Below are positions 14,166-28,185 of a DNA stretch of 64,000 nt, one piece after another (the first letter of the stretch is position 1; every line of letters begins with the position of its first letter). Under the pieces are notes generated by a model. That model worked only from the letters and a program-made list of their open reading frames with translations, was not told where the DNA came from and made no database searches. Position numbers and translations under genes: made by a program. The stretch covers positions 93,312,001-93,376,000 of the forward strand of contig NC_087436.1 of the NCBI RefSeq assembly GCF_036321535.1, in the 5' to 3' direction. This DNA comes from Camelus dromedarius (taxonomy: Eukaryota).

Positions 14166-16544
14166 TTAAGTAAAACCCAGGATAAAAACCTTGTTGAATT
14201 TCAGGATAAACAATTGCACACAAGCTTTACAATGTTCACTACCAGAGAAGAATGAATAAAGTTGGCTATTACTAAGCTCAATCAACTTGTAACAAGAAAA
14301 CTAATTTAGCATTAGCCCTTTTGCTTGGAATGAGTAAACAGGGCAATTTTCACATTGTTTCAAATTACACTGCAGCTGTAAAATCTGGCAACATTATTGG
14401 AGTAAAAGAGCCAAGAATGGACTTCTAAAGGATTAATGCAGTGTTACTGTATTGTGACATCATTTATAGGAACCGCCCATAAGTTAATTTCAACACAATT
14501 TCTGAACAGAGACTGGACCAGCTCACAGCTATCAAATGGTTACCCTCCTCCATTTAGGTATAAATGAGTTTTTTAATTATAGCAAAGAGATCCAAATTTT
14601 TAAAAGATTAACCAAGTCAGTTAACATTCATCCAATACCAAGCTATTACAATCACTGGATACATTTTCTGACTCACCTAAATGGTGTATTGCTCATATCT
14701 GGAATGTCATAATGGAAATATTGTACTATTTGCATTAATCTCCTTGATGCTTTAGGCCCAGAGGAGCCCCAAGGAATGTTGTTTGCTGAATATTTCCTAA
14801 TAAACTAACTCAAAATTCAAGTTGCTGACTTCAGGTGCTCATGAGTAATAATGAGTCAAATGTCACTGCTTACAAACAATGTTGGGATTTTTTTAAATTT
14901 GGCGTGAAAAATAAGCCAAGTCCTGGCAACACTGCAGGAATAAGAGGCCATTTAACAGAATTGCAAGGCAAGTTTCCAAGCTTGTGTAATAACAAGAGAA
15001 GCAAGCACGCTCTCCCACACTGACCTACACAACCCATGCACTGACCAAGTCAGAGCTAGCAAATGTCATAAAATACTTTTAATCAGGATACAGATGCCAA
15101 TAAATTACTCCGGGTTGTTGGTTCCTGCAGCTAAAGTGAAAAAACCTTAATTCCAAGACCAAATTGCTGATCATCACTGGAATTTATCAGAAACATCAGG
15201 ACCAATTTAAGTGCTTGAATTATTGCTGTGAAGATTCCACGGCAATAATTGTTGGGGCCAATAATTGTTTCATCTTGGAAGCTTACCCTCAGTACAGTCC
15301 AAGTGAACTCCCAAAAGTTGAAACCATTTAAAAAAATATTTAAAATGAGCCTAAACAATGCAAAGATGTTATTTCAGGCAAAAGACACACCTGTTGATTT
15401 GACTACTCTTTTTGATTCCACAGAATCACACAAGAAACAACTCTGCTTAGTTTTTATTTCTGATTTACTCCCGACTTTTGCTCAGGGCAGACAGACACTA
15501 TGCAGTTGGCTGCAGGAGAAAAAATGGAAATTCAACAATTTTAACATGAGAATGTGCATATTTTGAGGGCCAGCGGGGAGGTGCTGGCTATGAGAATTTG
15601 GACAATTTTCTTGACTCTTCTGAGTCTCAGTTTCCTCATTTCTGAAATGGGATAGTGACAGGTGTCGTGCAGCTTGTTTTAAGCACAAACACACGCACAG
15701 TGGAGTCGTGTTATATCTGCATTAAGTTAGGGAAACCCAACTACACAGATTTCACACAGGGAGTTCTCATGAGGATAGCTCAGGATGAGCCTTTTACTGC
15801 ATTGAATAGGATACTGGCATTAAACAGCGTCCCCATTTCATACAACTGGCCCCTCAATGCAAGTCAACTAGTAATTCAGTCAATAAATACATACTGATCA
15901 TTCTTCCAGACCCTGAGATGCAGCCGTGAAGGAAAGCAACAGAATCCTCGGGGTTAACATTCTAAAGTTCAGCTGAGGGAGAGAGGACATTAAGATATTT
16001 GAAGGATAATTTCTATGTACACATTTTCACCTTATTTACTGACTTTAAGTTTAAAACCTAACCCCTATGTAAGACGAGGCCTCAAAGTGAATTTAAAACA
16101 TCATAGATGCTTAACAATCATTAGCCAAAGTAATTAATGTTATACGCTGTCACTAGGGAAAGAGATGCATCTGATCGAGGCCAATACACTGTGACGAGTG
16201 CCCTTCATTCCTATGATGCCTTACAGTTTACGGTTATATACGCTCTCATTTACATGTTCCAGTAACCTGTTGAGATCCATGTTTCTATTTTATTGTTGAA
16301 GAAATAAGGGGCCAAGTGACTTATGTAGCAATATAACCAGTAAATACTAAAAATTCAACCCCCCAAATTGCTCTAAGCATTTTCTAAAAGGGGGCAAGGG
16401 TAGGATAAATGGCAACTTGGAGTAAAATGAAAGTGACACCGTGACTATGGTATTTTTGCTGCAGAGCCTAACCAACACGGATGTGCGTGGGAGGAACCCC
16501 AGTGACAAGTCTTGCTGTAACTGTAAGCACCCAGAGGATGGCTC

Positions 16545-16752
16545 ATCTCAGATACCGGGGTTCAGAGCCCAGCTCCACTGCTCACTAGCTGGACAATGGG
16601 CAGGTCACGTTCCCTGCCAATGTCTGAGCTTCCTCATCTGAAAAACAAGAAAAGAATACCAACCTAACATGTTGCTGCGAGGATTAAATGAGTTCATCTT
16701 AATACCTGGAAAGTGCTGAGAACACCACGTAGCACCGAGCAGTGTCGATAAA
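16545..16752 (+). mobile_element. MIR SINE
   Basis: cccagctccactgctcactagctg...cttcctcatctgaaaa...gaggattaaatgag. Confidence 0.75.
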
Positions 16753-19700
16753 TCATACAATGAAATTTTATGCACAAACACGTGCATGCACACGTGTTGT
16801 TAGCCACTTCCACATACATTATTAGTTCTCAAGATAATACTGAACAAAAGATAATGTTATCTCAATTTTTAAACTTGTACCAAAGGCCCAAAGACACATC
16901 ATGGCCAGCTCAAGGCCACAGCCAACAGGTGACAGAGCCTGAACAAGAGCCCAGTTCTAACTCCAAACCCTATCCTTCCCACAAGCATTTCTGTGTTCCC
17001 AATATTTCACAGACTGATAGCTTCAAGGAAATCAGATATTCTTTCTGTGCTGCAGCCCAGCCACCTCTGTTCAACCCTCTCTGACTCAGCAGCCCAGAGA
17101 GCCTTTCATTTCACTTGACTCCTTTAAGCGCACGCAGACCCATCCGCCTGCCTCGTCCACTTGCTTCTCATTCACTTCATTGCCTTGTATTAATAAATTT
17201 GCCTCATACTCATTCCTCAGCTATTCAGCCCAATATTTTGAGCACAAATTATGCACGAGGCACTGAGCAAAGAGAGGTATGAAACAAGGCCAGACCAGTA
17301 ACCTTACGAATAGTTTCTGGGTACTTTGTTTCCAGGAATTCTTCTATTAATCACATCCACAAAACTAAGCCCAGTGATATGCACTTAGCAGATCTATTGA
17401 GCAACAAACTGAAATATCTAGGGCATTCCTAGCCTGGAATTTGAGCCATGAGGCCCTGGGAAAGTAGCAGCTATTGGCTAATAGCTTCAAATGCTCAAAT
17501 AGTCAAGTCTGGACCTGGGATCTTCAGTTTTGTCTTGTTTTTCTTTGTTGGTTTGTTTTTCTTTCCCTGGCACCTTCCCCAGAGGGTACAGGTAAGCCAA
17601 GCTACAGCACTGATGCTTCTCACCAGTGGACACTGACCGCTGCCTCCAGGACTCCTTTCAGGGAGGACGAAGATGACAGGCAGCAGCCAGTGTGGAGTCT
17701 GGACTCACAAGGGAGCTTCTTTTCCCGAAATCCCAAGAACCAACCCAAGGATCAGCACAAAGCCTCTTTATTAGAAAACCAGAGAAACTCTTATCACAAA
17801 AGCAAGGCTGGGCTCCACTGAAGCAGCCGAAAGCCATGAGGCATATCGACTTGAACTGATGTGTGAGACCCTCAGAAAGCCTTAGAACCCCCAGCAACAA
17901 CAGTCACACATGCCCGGAAGCGTAGGGGTCACACACGCCCGTGTTCTCAAACTGCCAAGAATGCCTGTGGCTTGTGAACAAATGTCACCAACTCTTAATC
18001 GTACTTCCTGAAGCATGGTAACTCTGGGAGAATCTTTTCATTGAAACTTAAAATTGCATATTTGTTGGAATCTTTTGTAATGAATATACATCCTGCCTTA
18101 GTTCACTTGAATAAAACGATTACCCTACACATCAAAGGAAGGTATGATTATTCAGTATTTTGTTGCAATTTTTTTTTAATTTAATGACAAAAATCTTGTC
18201 AATGTCTTTAGAATGTGACACTGTAATCCACAGTTGGATTCCTTTAGGGCACAGTATCAGGAAATCCAAGTCACAAAACAAAATCCTTGACATTTCAATA
18301 TTCTTTTCTCAAAACTGTCCAAACACTTGGCTCCCACAGTAAGAAGGAAATCAATTCACAATAGCTAACGTCCCGTGTTACCTTCTCCTGTGCACAATGC
18401 TCGGTCTTCCCATTCACTGTGAAATATCCCCCGTGCTCAGCCTTTCAAGGCTGAAGTAAAAGTAAGTCAAGCCTCTGATGACATCATACAGCTGTTCTAG
18501 ATAATTTACCGAATAAAAATGAAAGCAATCAACCAAAAGAGCTACCATAAAACACACCCAGATTCTGCAAGTAGACCTTTCATAACTATAAATTAAGTAA
18601 TACTCTTTGCTCAGAGTCAGGACAGGGCTATAAAGTACCTTTAAAGTGTCAGTTAATTATGTTTCCTCAAGGCAGAAACACTGGGTTTGGTCCCAGAAGA
18701 AGTGACTTCAACCACTCTCTTGAAAGGAAGAGACTGAAGTTATGAAGAAGAAAGTACAAGTGATTGATGGAGGTGCATCACATCAGAAATCTCGCACTTT
18801 TTTTTTTTTTCAATTTCAGGAACATTAATTCAGCAATGTGAAACAAACTGCTCCCTTTGAAACACATCAAGACTAAGCACGCTAGAACGTTCCACACAGA
18901 GAACCTTCAATGCAGTCTCTCTTGCCCCATCTCCCCTCAGACTTAGGTTTTGTAACTGTTTTCTGTATTAAATAATTGTGGTTCTGTTTTCAGTCCTGCA
19001 CTACTTCAAAAGTTCAACCACTATAGGTGAGAAAGATCAAATCTATTTAACAAGTTTTTATTGAACAGTTGCTATGTGCAAGGTATTCTGTCAGGCTTGA
19101 GGGATGGCGGGCTACAAAGACAAGAAAGATACTTCCTGTGCTCACCAGTTCTGAGGAAGACAAAATTATAGAACCACGTCACAAGTCAGGCTGTGTGATG
19201 GAAATGCAGAAGACAAAGCAAAGATGAACGAAGGGACAGTGATTGCTGAAATTAAAACGTTTAGCTGTACTCAAGGACTGCACCATGTTTGACTGTCTAA
19301 ATGAGATCCCTCTCCTACAATAATTTTACTCATTATTCAGAAGTTTATTGTCACCCAAATGACATGTAATAGAGTCATTTGACTCTTCAAATAAAACAGC
19401 AAGGGGAAAATTATCCCAATGTATTACAGATAAAATTTTAAGATATTAAAAAAAATTTTAATAAACTAAGATTTTTTTTAATTGAAACTGCTTCATAGAA
19501 ATCTTGAGAAAAATACAACCAATACATTATGCTTGCTCCCTGGTTATCATATATTTAGCAGGAACACATCTGGATAATCTGGTAAAGAAAACAGGTCAGG
19601 TCCATACCCAGAAGGAAGTTAAAAAATAATAGATTCAAAATAAACATACATACAAAATATTGACAAGGCAGTAAAAATGTGTTAAAGAAAACACTGCAGA

Positions 19701-20352
19701 TAATACAAGTAAAATAAAAAGAAAATAAATAAATCAAGGCTTACATTATGTACTTGATACATGATAGCTCAGTAAATATTTACTGAAGGGATAAACGTAC
19801 AAAGGAATGAAGAAAAGAATTTATAGACAAACATGCCCTGAGATCACTTATTTGGCCGATGCTTCCATATGTAATATTGCTTTACTGAATTATGTTCATA
19901 GATTTTTAAAAAGAATACCTTCTCAGAGGGGCAGCACCAGACTCGAGTGGTTGGCAATACACCCACCTTTAACCTTTACTGATACTGCCCTTTCTCAAGG
20001 AAAGGCATGAAACAGGACTAGCTGTCATTGGTTTCTGACTTTCCTGTTGGGACACAGGGTCAGATGGCTGTTATCTGCCTCCTCTACAGCTGGACATCTT
20101 GTAGGACTTGCTCTCACCAGTGAGTCACTTCCCAGTAAAAAGTCTTCCCATTGGAAGGGTGATTGGGGTAATAGGTAACATGGAGGGAGCCTCTTTTGGT
20201 CTGGGTACCAATCCATATTGGATAGATAGCATGAGCGAAAGAAAAGCCTTCCACTGTGCCAACCACTGAGATCTTGGGGTCGTTTGTTACTGAAGCATAA
20301 TCTAGCCACCATGTCTCAGGCACATTCTATTATGTATATAAAAACCATTCCA

Positions 20353-20486
20353 GGGGGAGGGTATAGCTCAAGTGGTAGAGTGCATGCTTGACATGCATGA
20401 GGTCCCAGGTTCAATCCCCAGTACCTCCTCCAAATAGAAACAAATGAATAAACCCAATTACCACCCCCTCATAAAATAAAAAAAAA
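20353..20486 (+). mobile_element. tRNA-derived SINE, Vic-1-like (camelid)
   Basis: GGGGGAGGGTATAGCTCAAGTGGTAGAG...GGTTCAATCCCCAGTACCTCC followed by poly-A. Near-perfect TSD aaaaccattcca / aaaacccattccca. Confidence 0.9.
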
Positions 20487-23400
20487 AAAACCCATTCCCA
20501 TTTCCCCTGTACCTACACCCCTTATCAACACTCCTCAGTTGCCCCTACACATTAATTCTCAAATATGTGAAGTCAACTTGTTTTCATATTCTTTTAAAGC
20601 AAAGTATTTGGAAAGAAAAAGAGGGGGAGAGAGAGAGAGAAAGGAGGAGAGAGGGAAGGAAGGAAGAAAGGAAAGGAAAGGAAATAATGTCTCTGCCATT
20701 CCATCTTTTCATCCAACAGAATCCATCTCAACTCCAACTTTTCTTCTCAGTAGTTGACAAGGGCATGGAATTAATGAGATTAACGTGGCTTGCCATGGGA
20801 ATTCAACATACAAGTAGGTCAACTGAAATGAACTAGGTTGAAAAAATATACAGGATCAATGCAGGAGCTAGGTGGGAATTACAGGGTTACTAGCAGAGAA
20901 GAACAAAACAAAAGAACTCTGGTGGGGCCCTTAAAATAGAAAGAGCAACACAGTTCCTTACATCTTAAATTTCATGTTATAAATCAAGTAGGAAATTTCA
21001 TCTCCCACCCGTACCCCAGGAGAAAATTTAGTAATAAAATGTCTAATAGACAATTGGGGCATTTTTACAGCATTCAGTCTCCTTCCTTAGATTTGACTCA
21101 CTAGGCTTATTAATTTTGTGGACTTAGAAAATATTTAGGCCACGATAACTATATAAAATTGTCAACATGAAATATTTCATCCTCATCGAACTCTTACTCA
21201 TTTCACTTTCAGCATTTGGATAGGTCTTGTTTTTTAATAAAACAAAGAAGTGGGCTCAAAGAACACTTAAATATATTTAGCCTTGAAATTTCTGTTGCAA
21301 ATTTCCAGGGGCTAAGTGTGGTTTGTGGCTAATTTCTCACATTCTCACCAAAATATGTCCTAGAATTGACATTCTAGGGCCAATTTTTCAGTACTTCAAT
21401 TTGTTTTATATTGATATCTATTTTAAGATCTATCTAGAAAACACCAAGTAACATTTAAACTATATTCCAGAGCCCTTGGCATTATAGCATAATACTAATT
21501 TTAATGACTGTGGGCATTCTACACTTCCTAAATAAACTGCATTAGAGGTCTAGTCTTTTCACCTTACATGTAGAGAGACAGTGCAAGACAGAAATTTTTC
21601 CTACATTCCAGTTTTGCATTCAGTATGAATTGCAAAGTACACATAATTATTCAAGCATTACTCAATTAGTCTAACTTAAAATAGATATTTTCTCTGACAT
21701 TGATAATGAACAACAAGCTGGGAAAAAATTGACAGATAGAATACATATTTTACCCTTTGTCCAAAGTTGTAATACAAGGATGGAAATTTTCCCAAGGTAT
21801 CCCATGACCAGTTAAGAACTCTAAGACATTCTCCCTGGACTTCAGCTTTCTCTCCTATGAACCAACCTCCAAAGATCTTTTAAAATTTAAAATGCTATGT
21901 TTCTAATGTTACTGTTGTTTTTTTTTAATACAAAGTGATTTCAGTTATATATTTTGTTTTATTTCCTCAGGTATTCAAATGCAGTCTGAGGGTAGCCATT
22001 AGGGGCACAGCCTTGGTGAGAACCTGGGTTTTATTATCAACCGAGGCATTAGGGAAGTTAATCGGTCTAAGCTTCAGTTCTTTCCTCAAATTAAAAAAAA
22101 AAAAAAAAAAAGGAAATGAAAAGCATACCCACCTCCTGTGATAGTTAAGACTAAAACTGGTTGAATTACATACAAAAAGTCTTGCTTCCCACCAGCATGA
22201 GCAAATACATGATAAGCATTCATAAACCATTAGCCAATGATTTTATCAGAATTACCTCTTCTCTTGAAAGTATGTCTAGAATCCGCCATACTTGACCAGC
22301 TACATGCAAAATCTTGTAATAGGGAGTCCTACTTCTCTCAACCAAGAACTGCCCTCATTGATTTTAACTGAATGCAATCTCAACTTCCTCCATCTCCTCA
22401 CTTTCCGGCCTCCTTCAGGCAAATCGTGTTATTTCTTCTCCTTCTAAGTTCCTTCCTCTCCCCCACCCGCTTCATCCTTTCTATTTTTACAGCGTTTTTT
22501 CCTTTTCACTCTTACTTGTCCCACTGCACAGTCTTAATATAAGAAACAAGCAAACAAACAAAGAAGTCCGTACTGTGTAAAACAGCAGTTTCTCAGAACA
22601 AACAATGAGACAAAGTAATGAGGCTGATTCACACCAAGCCTCACATGAAAATCAACCTGCTCACTTTATAATGACAACTCATGCTTCTGCTTTCCCCTTT
22701 ACGCAGGCAAAGAGACAAAGGCAAACTAATTTATCTCTACGAAGCTTAAATAACACATCACACAGTGGCCCAGCAATGGGCACCCTGTAAATGTTAATGA
22801 GCTGAAGTCTTTTCATAGGATTCTCCTTTTATGTTTCTAGACACCAAAACACAAGGAGTCCCTAGATTTTGCCAAAATAAGAAAGTAATGATCTTCCTGC
22901 TAGGCATTTGGGTTGTCTGCTTGCTGCTGTATTTGGGGGTGAAGGAGGAAAGAGAGATGAGTCTAAGTCTCTGTCAGTATCCCGCAGCGATGCCATGCTT
23001 GGGCTGGCGTGGGCGGGGGAGGGGGCACTTGGGAAAAGAATACTTACTTCACACATTTTTGTCCACCTCTCTCTACAAGATTTGGAAAGAGAACAGTGTC
23101 CTTTGGCTTTGATTATCAGACGCCTGTCAGGTAGCTCACTGCGGGCTCGACAGTGAGGGAAGTATGCACAGAGCTGCCTTGTGCGGAACCGCTGAATCGC
23201 TCAGATTTCAGCTCAGGTGGAGAAAAGACACTCACTGTTTCCACTTTCCCAGGGTCTCAGCCAAAATTTTCATGTTACCAGCACAGTCCCCATTTGAGAA
23301 GCAAGGTTTCACCACAAACACTTACAGCTACTAAGAGAGAGATGTGAGTTGGGACACAACACAAAAAAATATTTCTTCAAATAAATAAAGCAGTAATGTT

Positions 23401-23961
23401 CCCAATCCATTAAATTCTGTCAGATGACGGAAAAGTACAGAAACTGAGGAGACTTCAGTTCTGGCCACCTTGAAATCCTCATATATTGATGTCATAATTT
23501 GCTAGTATCACCTTTGCTTACAAATAAATTTAGTAAATGAATAAAGATAACAGAAGTACTTGGACAATTAAGTTCTTAACGTATCTGGGCGTATGCAAGA
23601 GTCATTCCCCAAAGGCTCTGGCATGTGGGCACAAGTCTGTATCTTAAAACTTATCTTATCTTTTTTTCTATTTTCAGTTCAGATGTTGTTAACTTAAAGA
23701 GCAGGGTATGATCGCTAGAATAAATTAATAGTCTACAGAGTTCTTTAAGCTCTTTAAACACACAACATTATCATAGTCCTTTCACGTACGCAAAACTCCA
23801 GACACTACACAAGGCAGTTTAATGTAACCACATATCCATTTTAATCGTCTAAATCATTTCAGTAACTTGGAGTCCATGAGTCTAAATATTACTGGAAAAC
23901 ACTAAGTATAAAACCATATAATGTATGCTGAGAAGGGCTGCAAGAAGGAAATTAATAAATC

Positions 23962-24340
23962 TTTATTGGTTAGGATACTTCCAGCTGTAAACAAAACAAA
24001 CAAATAAACAAACAAACTTGTCTCAAATAACAAGGGTATATATTATTATTTTATGCCATAAAAAGTCCAAAGTGGGCAGGCTCCAGAGCTGGGGGATTCC
24101 ATAGCTCAGCAAGTACTGACTTCACTCGCAGGCTGGTAGCAAGATGGCTGCAGCGGGTCCAGGCATCACTTACAGACACAGCAAGACAAGAGAAAGAAAA
24201 GCAACCTTCTCTTCCTGTCTTTCTCAGAAGCCAGGAACCTTTCATAGGCGCTCCCCCGACCCAATGTTGGCCATTCCTTTTCCAGTCTCTGGCAAGGAAC
24301 ACATGAAAGCCATGACTGGCTCACTAGGAGGGACTGGACA
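23962..24340 (-). mobile_element. MaLR LTR (MLT1J/K-like)
   Basis: ttattggttaggatactt...aaaagtccaaagtgggcaggctccagagctgg...caagatggctgcagc. Confidence 0.55.
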
Positions 24341-27019
24341 TAAGGGAGTACCACGGTGGGTGGATCGATGACAGGGAGTCAAACACAATAATCATTATAC
24401 CAGAAACATATCTGTCTTCCCAGAGCTTACTTTATAAAAATACCCTGATGCAGGTGAACAACAAAGCCAGACACACAACCAAAAAAACTACACGATGCAA
24501 TCACAAAACAAACAACATACCAACCTTCTATCCCAGCAGAGGGCTAAGGATATTTTGTTGGACTGGGAGGGGCACTGAGCTCAGAATATGTAAGTAGGTC
24601 AGTAGCAAGTGTTGCTTTCCCAGCGAATGACACATATAAAGAAGAGTGTTTTAATAGAAACAGACACCTAGATTTCAATTGTTTGCATTTAACACATTGT
24701 TCTTTGGGTTCAGTTTTTTGTTGTGTGTGTGTGTGTGTTCTTTTTTTAAACAACTGGGGATGGTATAAGAAGATGAAAAAGGCCAAGCAGAAGACAAGCC
24801 GAAAAACACTAGGATACAACTATGCAAGAAAAAATCCAAAATAATACTTTACTTTTCTCCATAGCACTGATCACTACCTGTTCTTTTGTCCAAAGGAGGA
24901 AGCGCGCCTGTTAACTTAGATTTAACGACTTAGTCTACACAGATTTTAAGGAGGACTCATGCTACGTCCTTCCATTCTGATCTGACAGCATCCAGGTAGG
25001 GCTTTGCCCTGAGCATTACATATAAATGTCACGACGTCTTTCCAGGTCTCCAAGCATGCAGATTCCTGCAGCCACAAAAGATGCTCTCTGAAGCCTTGCC
25101 CTAAAAACAATTACAGAACCCAGAAAGAGCTATTTAGGGGCTTTGCAACACATGTGATTTCCAGGGGAACCTGAAGGTGACCCCTAACAAAGAACCTTGA
25201 ATTAAAGGTCACAGTGGCCCCTACAATCCCAAATCAAGAAGAGCAGTCATTTCCCTGACATTTTCGCTTCCACTCCCTTCCACCACCAATCTCAGGAAAT
25301 CCAAAGGTTTTAAATACCAAGACCAAGCGTACGGCCACCCAGCTTTTCCAGCTTGTGGAGAAGTATGATAGAGATTTTCAGATTAGCCTTAGTCCACAAT
25401 AGGTCTTTATTCTGTACCTCCTATATGAAATTTAAGAATTTAACAGGTTCTGAGCAAACGAATATTTCATTCTTGATTCACAGGATCATAAAAAAAGTCC
25501 CTTTCATGGGGAAGACTTAAAAGTAACCCAAGAATCTAACTTGTGATTCTATCAGTTGGCTGCAACCAGGGTCCTATTGAAAGTGTTCGTTCCTAATGCA
25601 CCACAGCAAGGGACTCAACAATCCTCTCCCGGCAGTGCTGGTGGGGCTCAGTCACAAACTGTCAATAATACATAAAACAGAACCAACTGTGGCAAAGCAC
25701 ACTTTGGAAACGAAAGGAAAATTCTTCATGTAGTTACTTTAAAACTACGTGAACGAAGTTTACACAGACAAAGAACTCAATCCCCGAAGCAAGGATCAAA
25801 ACGCACCCTCAGATATAAAGTTTCTACTTAAGCGCACATATTTCAGACCCGGGGACATGTTATGTTATTCCAAAACCATTGTTATTTTTCCTAATGACAT
25901 AGTAAAAATGGTTGTTGAGATAAGTCAGTTGAAAGGGTTCCATTTTATACATCTCCTAAAAATGAAAAATGCTGAGCCAGATGATACAAATACATTTTGA
26001 ATAAAAGGAAAGTTTATTTCTTTTTGTACAAACATCCTCAGGGCTTTCCAGTTTTACAGTTTATACTCACACATACAAGACAAGATGACTGAGGAAGGGA
26101 TCCACTGAAGAGATTGAAGAGGTCAAGATAAAAGTGTTTTGCCTTTTGTTACATGGTTTTAAAAGCTCCGAATGAAACTACGGTTCTCTGTCCTCTAGGA
26201 GAAACTCTCGTTTTCTTTTATGTCCAGTGGAGCTTTCAGCCCTTCAGCGTCCTTCACAGGACCATCGAGCTACATATGAGTGAGGAACTGGAACACACGT
26301 CTGCATAACTGGCCCAGTCCTTCTTGCCAGGCATGTTTAAAGAGCTGCCTTTTTGGATCCTATAATAATGGAATCCTTTATCAAAGAGCATACCAAAACC
26401 AGGTGCAACCATCCTGCATACTCTACCAGTGCACACTTTATTGCCAGTGAGGGTGACATTCACGGAGAGCAGAGCAGAATCATCCTAATTTACTGCCTGC
26501 AGCAGCTGTCACGTTCTCGTCCTCTCCCAAAGGGAATAAACACTGAGCACTCTCCTCCTGCCACTTCTCTCACAAGCCGGGAGGAGAGCGGGCACTCAGT
26601 AAGGAAAGCCAGAGAAGAAGGGCAGCCATCAAAGACGAAGTCATCTTGGCCAGCAACACTCAATGTGTCGGTTATGAATATACTAGGTGGTCCCATCCAA
26701 CTTGCCTTTAACAAGTTCAATATAAACCATGTGCAATTGGCCAAAAATAAAAGAGGGAAAAATAACATTTTGAATAGTATGGACATTTTACTGGATAAGC
26801 ATACGGCACTGGATAAGATGGGAGAGGACTGCCCCTTCAATCAGGCTGAGTTCCTATATGCTGCTCATAGTGTGAGCATCTCAAATTGAGTGTGATTCCA
26901 GGAGTTAAAGATACACATTTTCCCTACAACATGACCCCAAATGAAAACTAGTTACTCTGAGGCTCAAACAGGCAAACAGCATCCCATGCTGTTCTTCAAA
27001 TATATCAGTAAGCATGGGA

Positions 27020-27450
27020 TATCTTAGGCCCCTTGCACATGCTATTTCCTCTGTCGAGGAGACTTTCTCCCCGAAATAACTACACAATCCACATGGCTCA
27101 TTTCCTCACTTCCTTCATATCTTTACATTAAAGTCACCTTCTCAGTGAGGTCTTCTTTGCTTCTTCAAGCTAAATGTTCGTCAACCCTCCAGAACTTTAT
27201 TTCTTCCTTCTCTGTTTTATTTTCTCAACATCTCTTAATACAATATAATATACTATCCATTTTGTATTATTTGTTATCTTCTCCACTAGAGTGTAAGCTC
27301 CATCAGGGCAGAGAGGTTTTTGGGGTTTGTTTTTCTTTCTTCTTTTTTTTTGTTTTTTTGGGTTTTTTTTTTTTTTTTTTTTTTTTTACTGTTTTGCTCA
27401 CTGCTGTGCATCTAGTACCAGAAAAACCCATGTTAAATATCTATTGATAA
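27020..27450 (+). mobile_element. L2 3' end
   Basis: gcccttgcacatgctatttcctctg...gtcaccttctcagtgaggtctt...ctagagtgtaagctccatcagggcagaga. Confidence 0.7.
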
Positions 27451-27587
27451 GGCAGCAATCTGCTCTAACCCTGGCAGGAAAACAGACATGCTAATCTTCT
27501 TTCAAGGTAGCACATGGTTCTCATTCACAACACAGCACATTCTCAAGAGAAGTTAAGAAGTACTTTTCTAAAAGAACATTAAAAAAA

Positions 27588-28023
27588 AATAACTTTAGAT
27601 TTAAGAAGAGTTGCCAGGAGAGCTCCCATGTGCCCTTCACCCAGCTTCCCCTAATGTAAACATCTTATCTAACCATGCACATTTCTTCAAAGTAAGAAAT
27701 TAACATTGGTACAATACTGCTAACCAAACTACAGAGTTCATTCAGATTTCTCTGGTTTTTCCACTAATGTCCTTACTGTGTTTAGTCATCAAGATGCCTT
27801 AGTCTCCTCCAACCAGTGACAGCTTCTTCGTCTTCCCTTGACTTTCATGATCTTGATACTTTTGAAAGGTACTTGGTCAAGTATTTTGTAGAATGTCTCT
27901 CAGTTTGGGTGTGTCTGCTGCTTTCTCAGACTAATCTGGGGTTCGGGTTGTGGAGAAGAATAACACAGGGATGAAGCATCCTTCTCGCTGCATCGTATCA
28001 GGGGGCACATGAGGCTTTTTTAA

Positions 28024-28074
<51 letters not shown>

Positions 28075-28185
28075 CTTGGATATTTGGTTAAAAGGTGGTG
28101 CTGTCAGTTTCCTCCACTGTAAAGCTACTGTTTTCCCCTTTCCATACCCTATTGGTTAGAAGTGAGTCACTATGTCAGACAACAC
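27588..28185 (-). mobile_element. Old L1 (L1MC/L1MD-like) 3' fragment
   Basis: cccttcacccagcttcccctaatg...ttaacattggtacaatact...ttggttaaaaggtggtg...tttcctccactgtaaag. Contains a (TTA)n tract. Confidence 0.7.
28024..28073. repeat. (ATT)~16 microsatellite
   Basis: Read directly from the sequence. Confidence 0.95.

Noticed and set aside
20353..20430. Apparent tRNA genes (also at ~365 and ~53675)
   Set aside because: They have A-rich tails and TSDs and diverge from one another, so they are tRNA-derived SINEs rather than tRNA genes.
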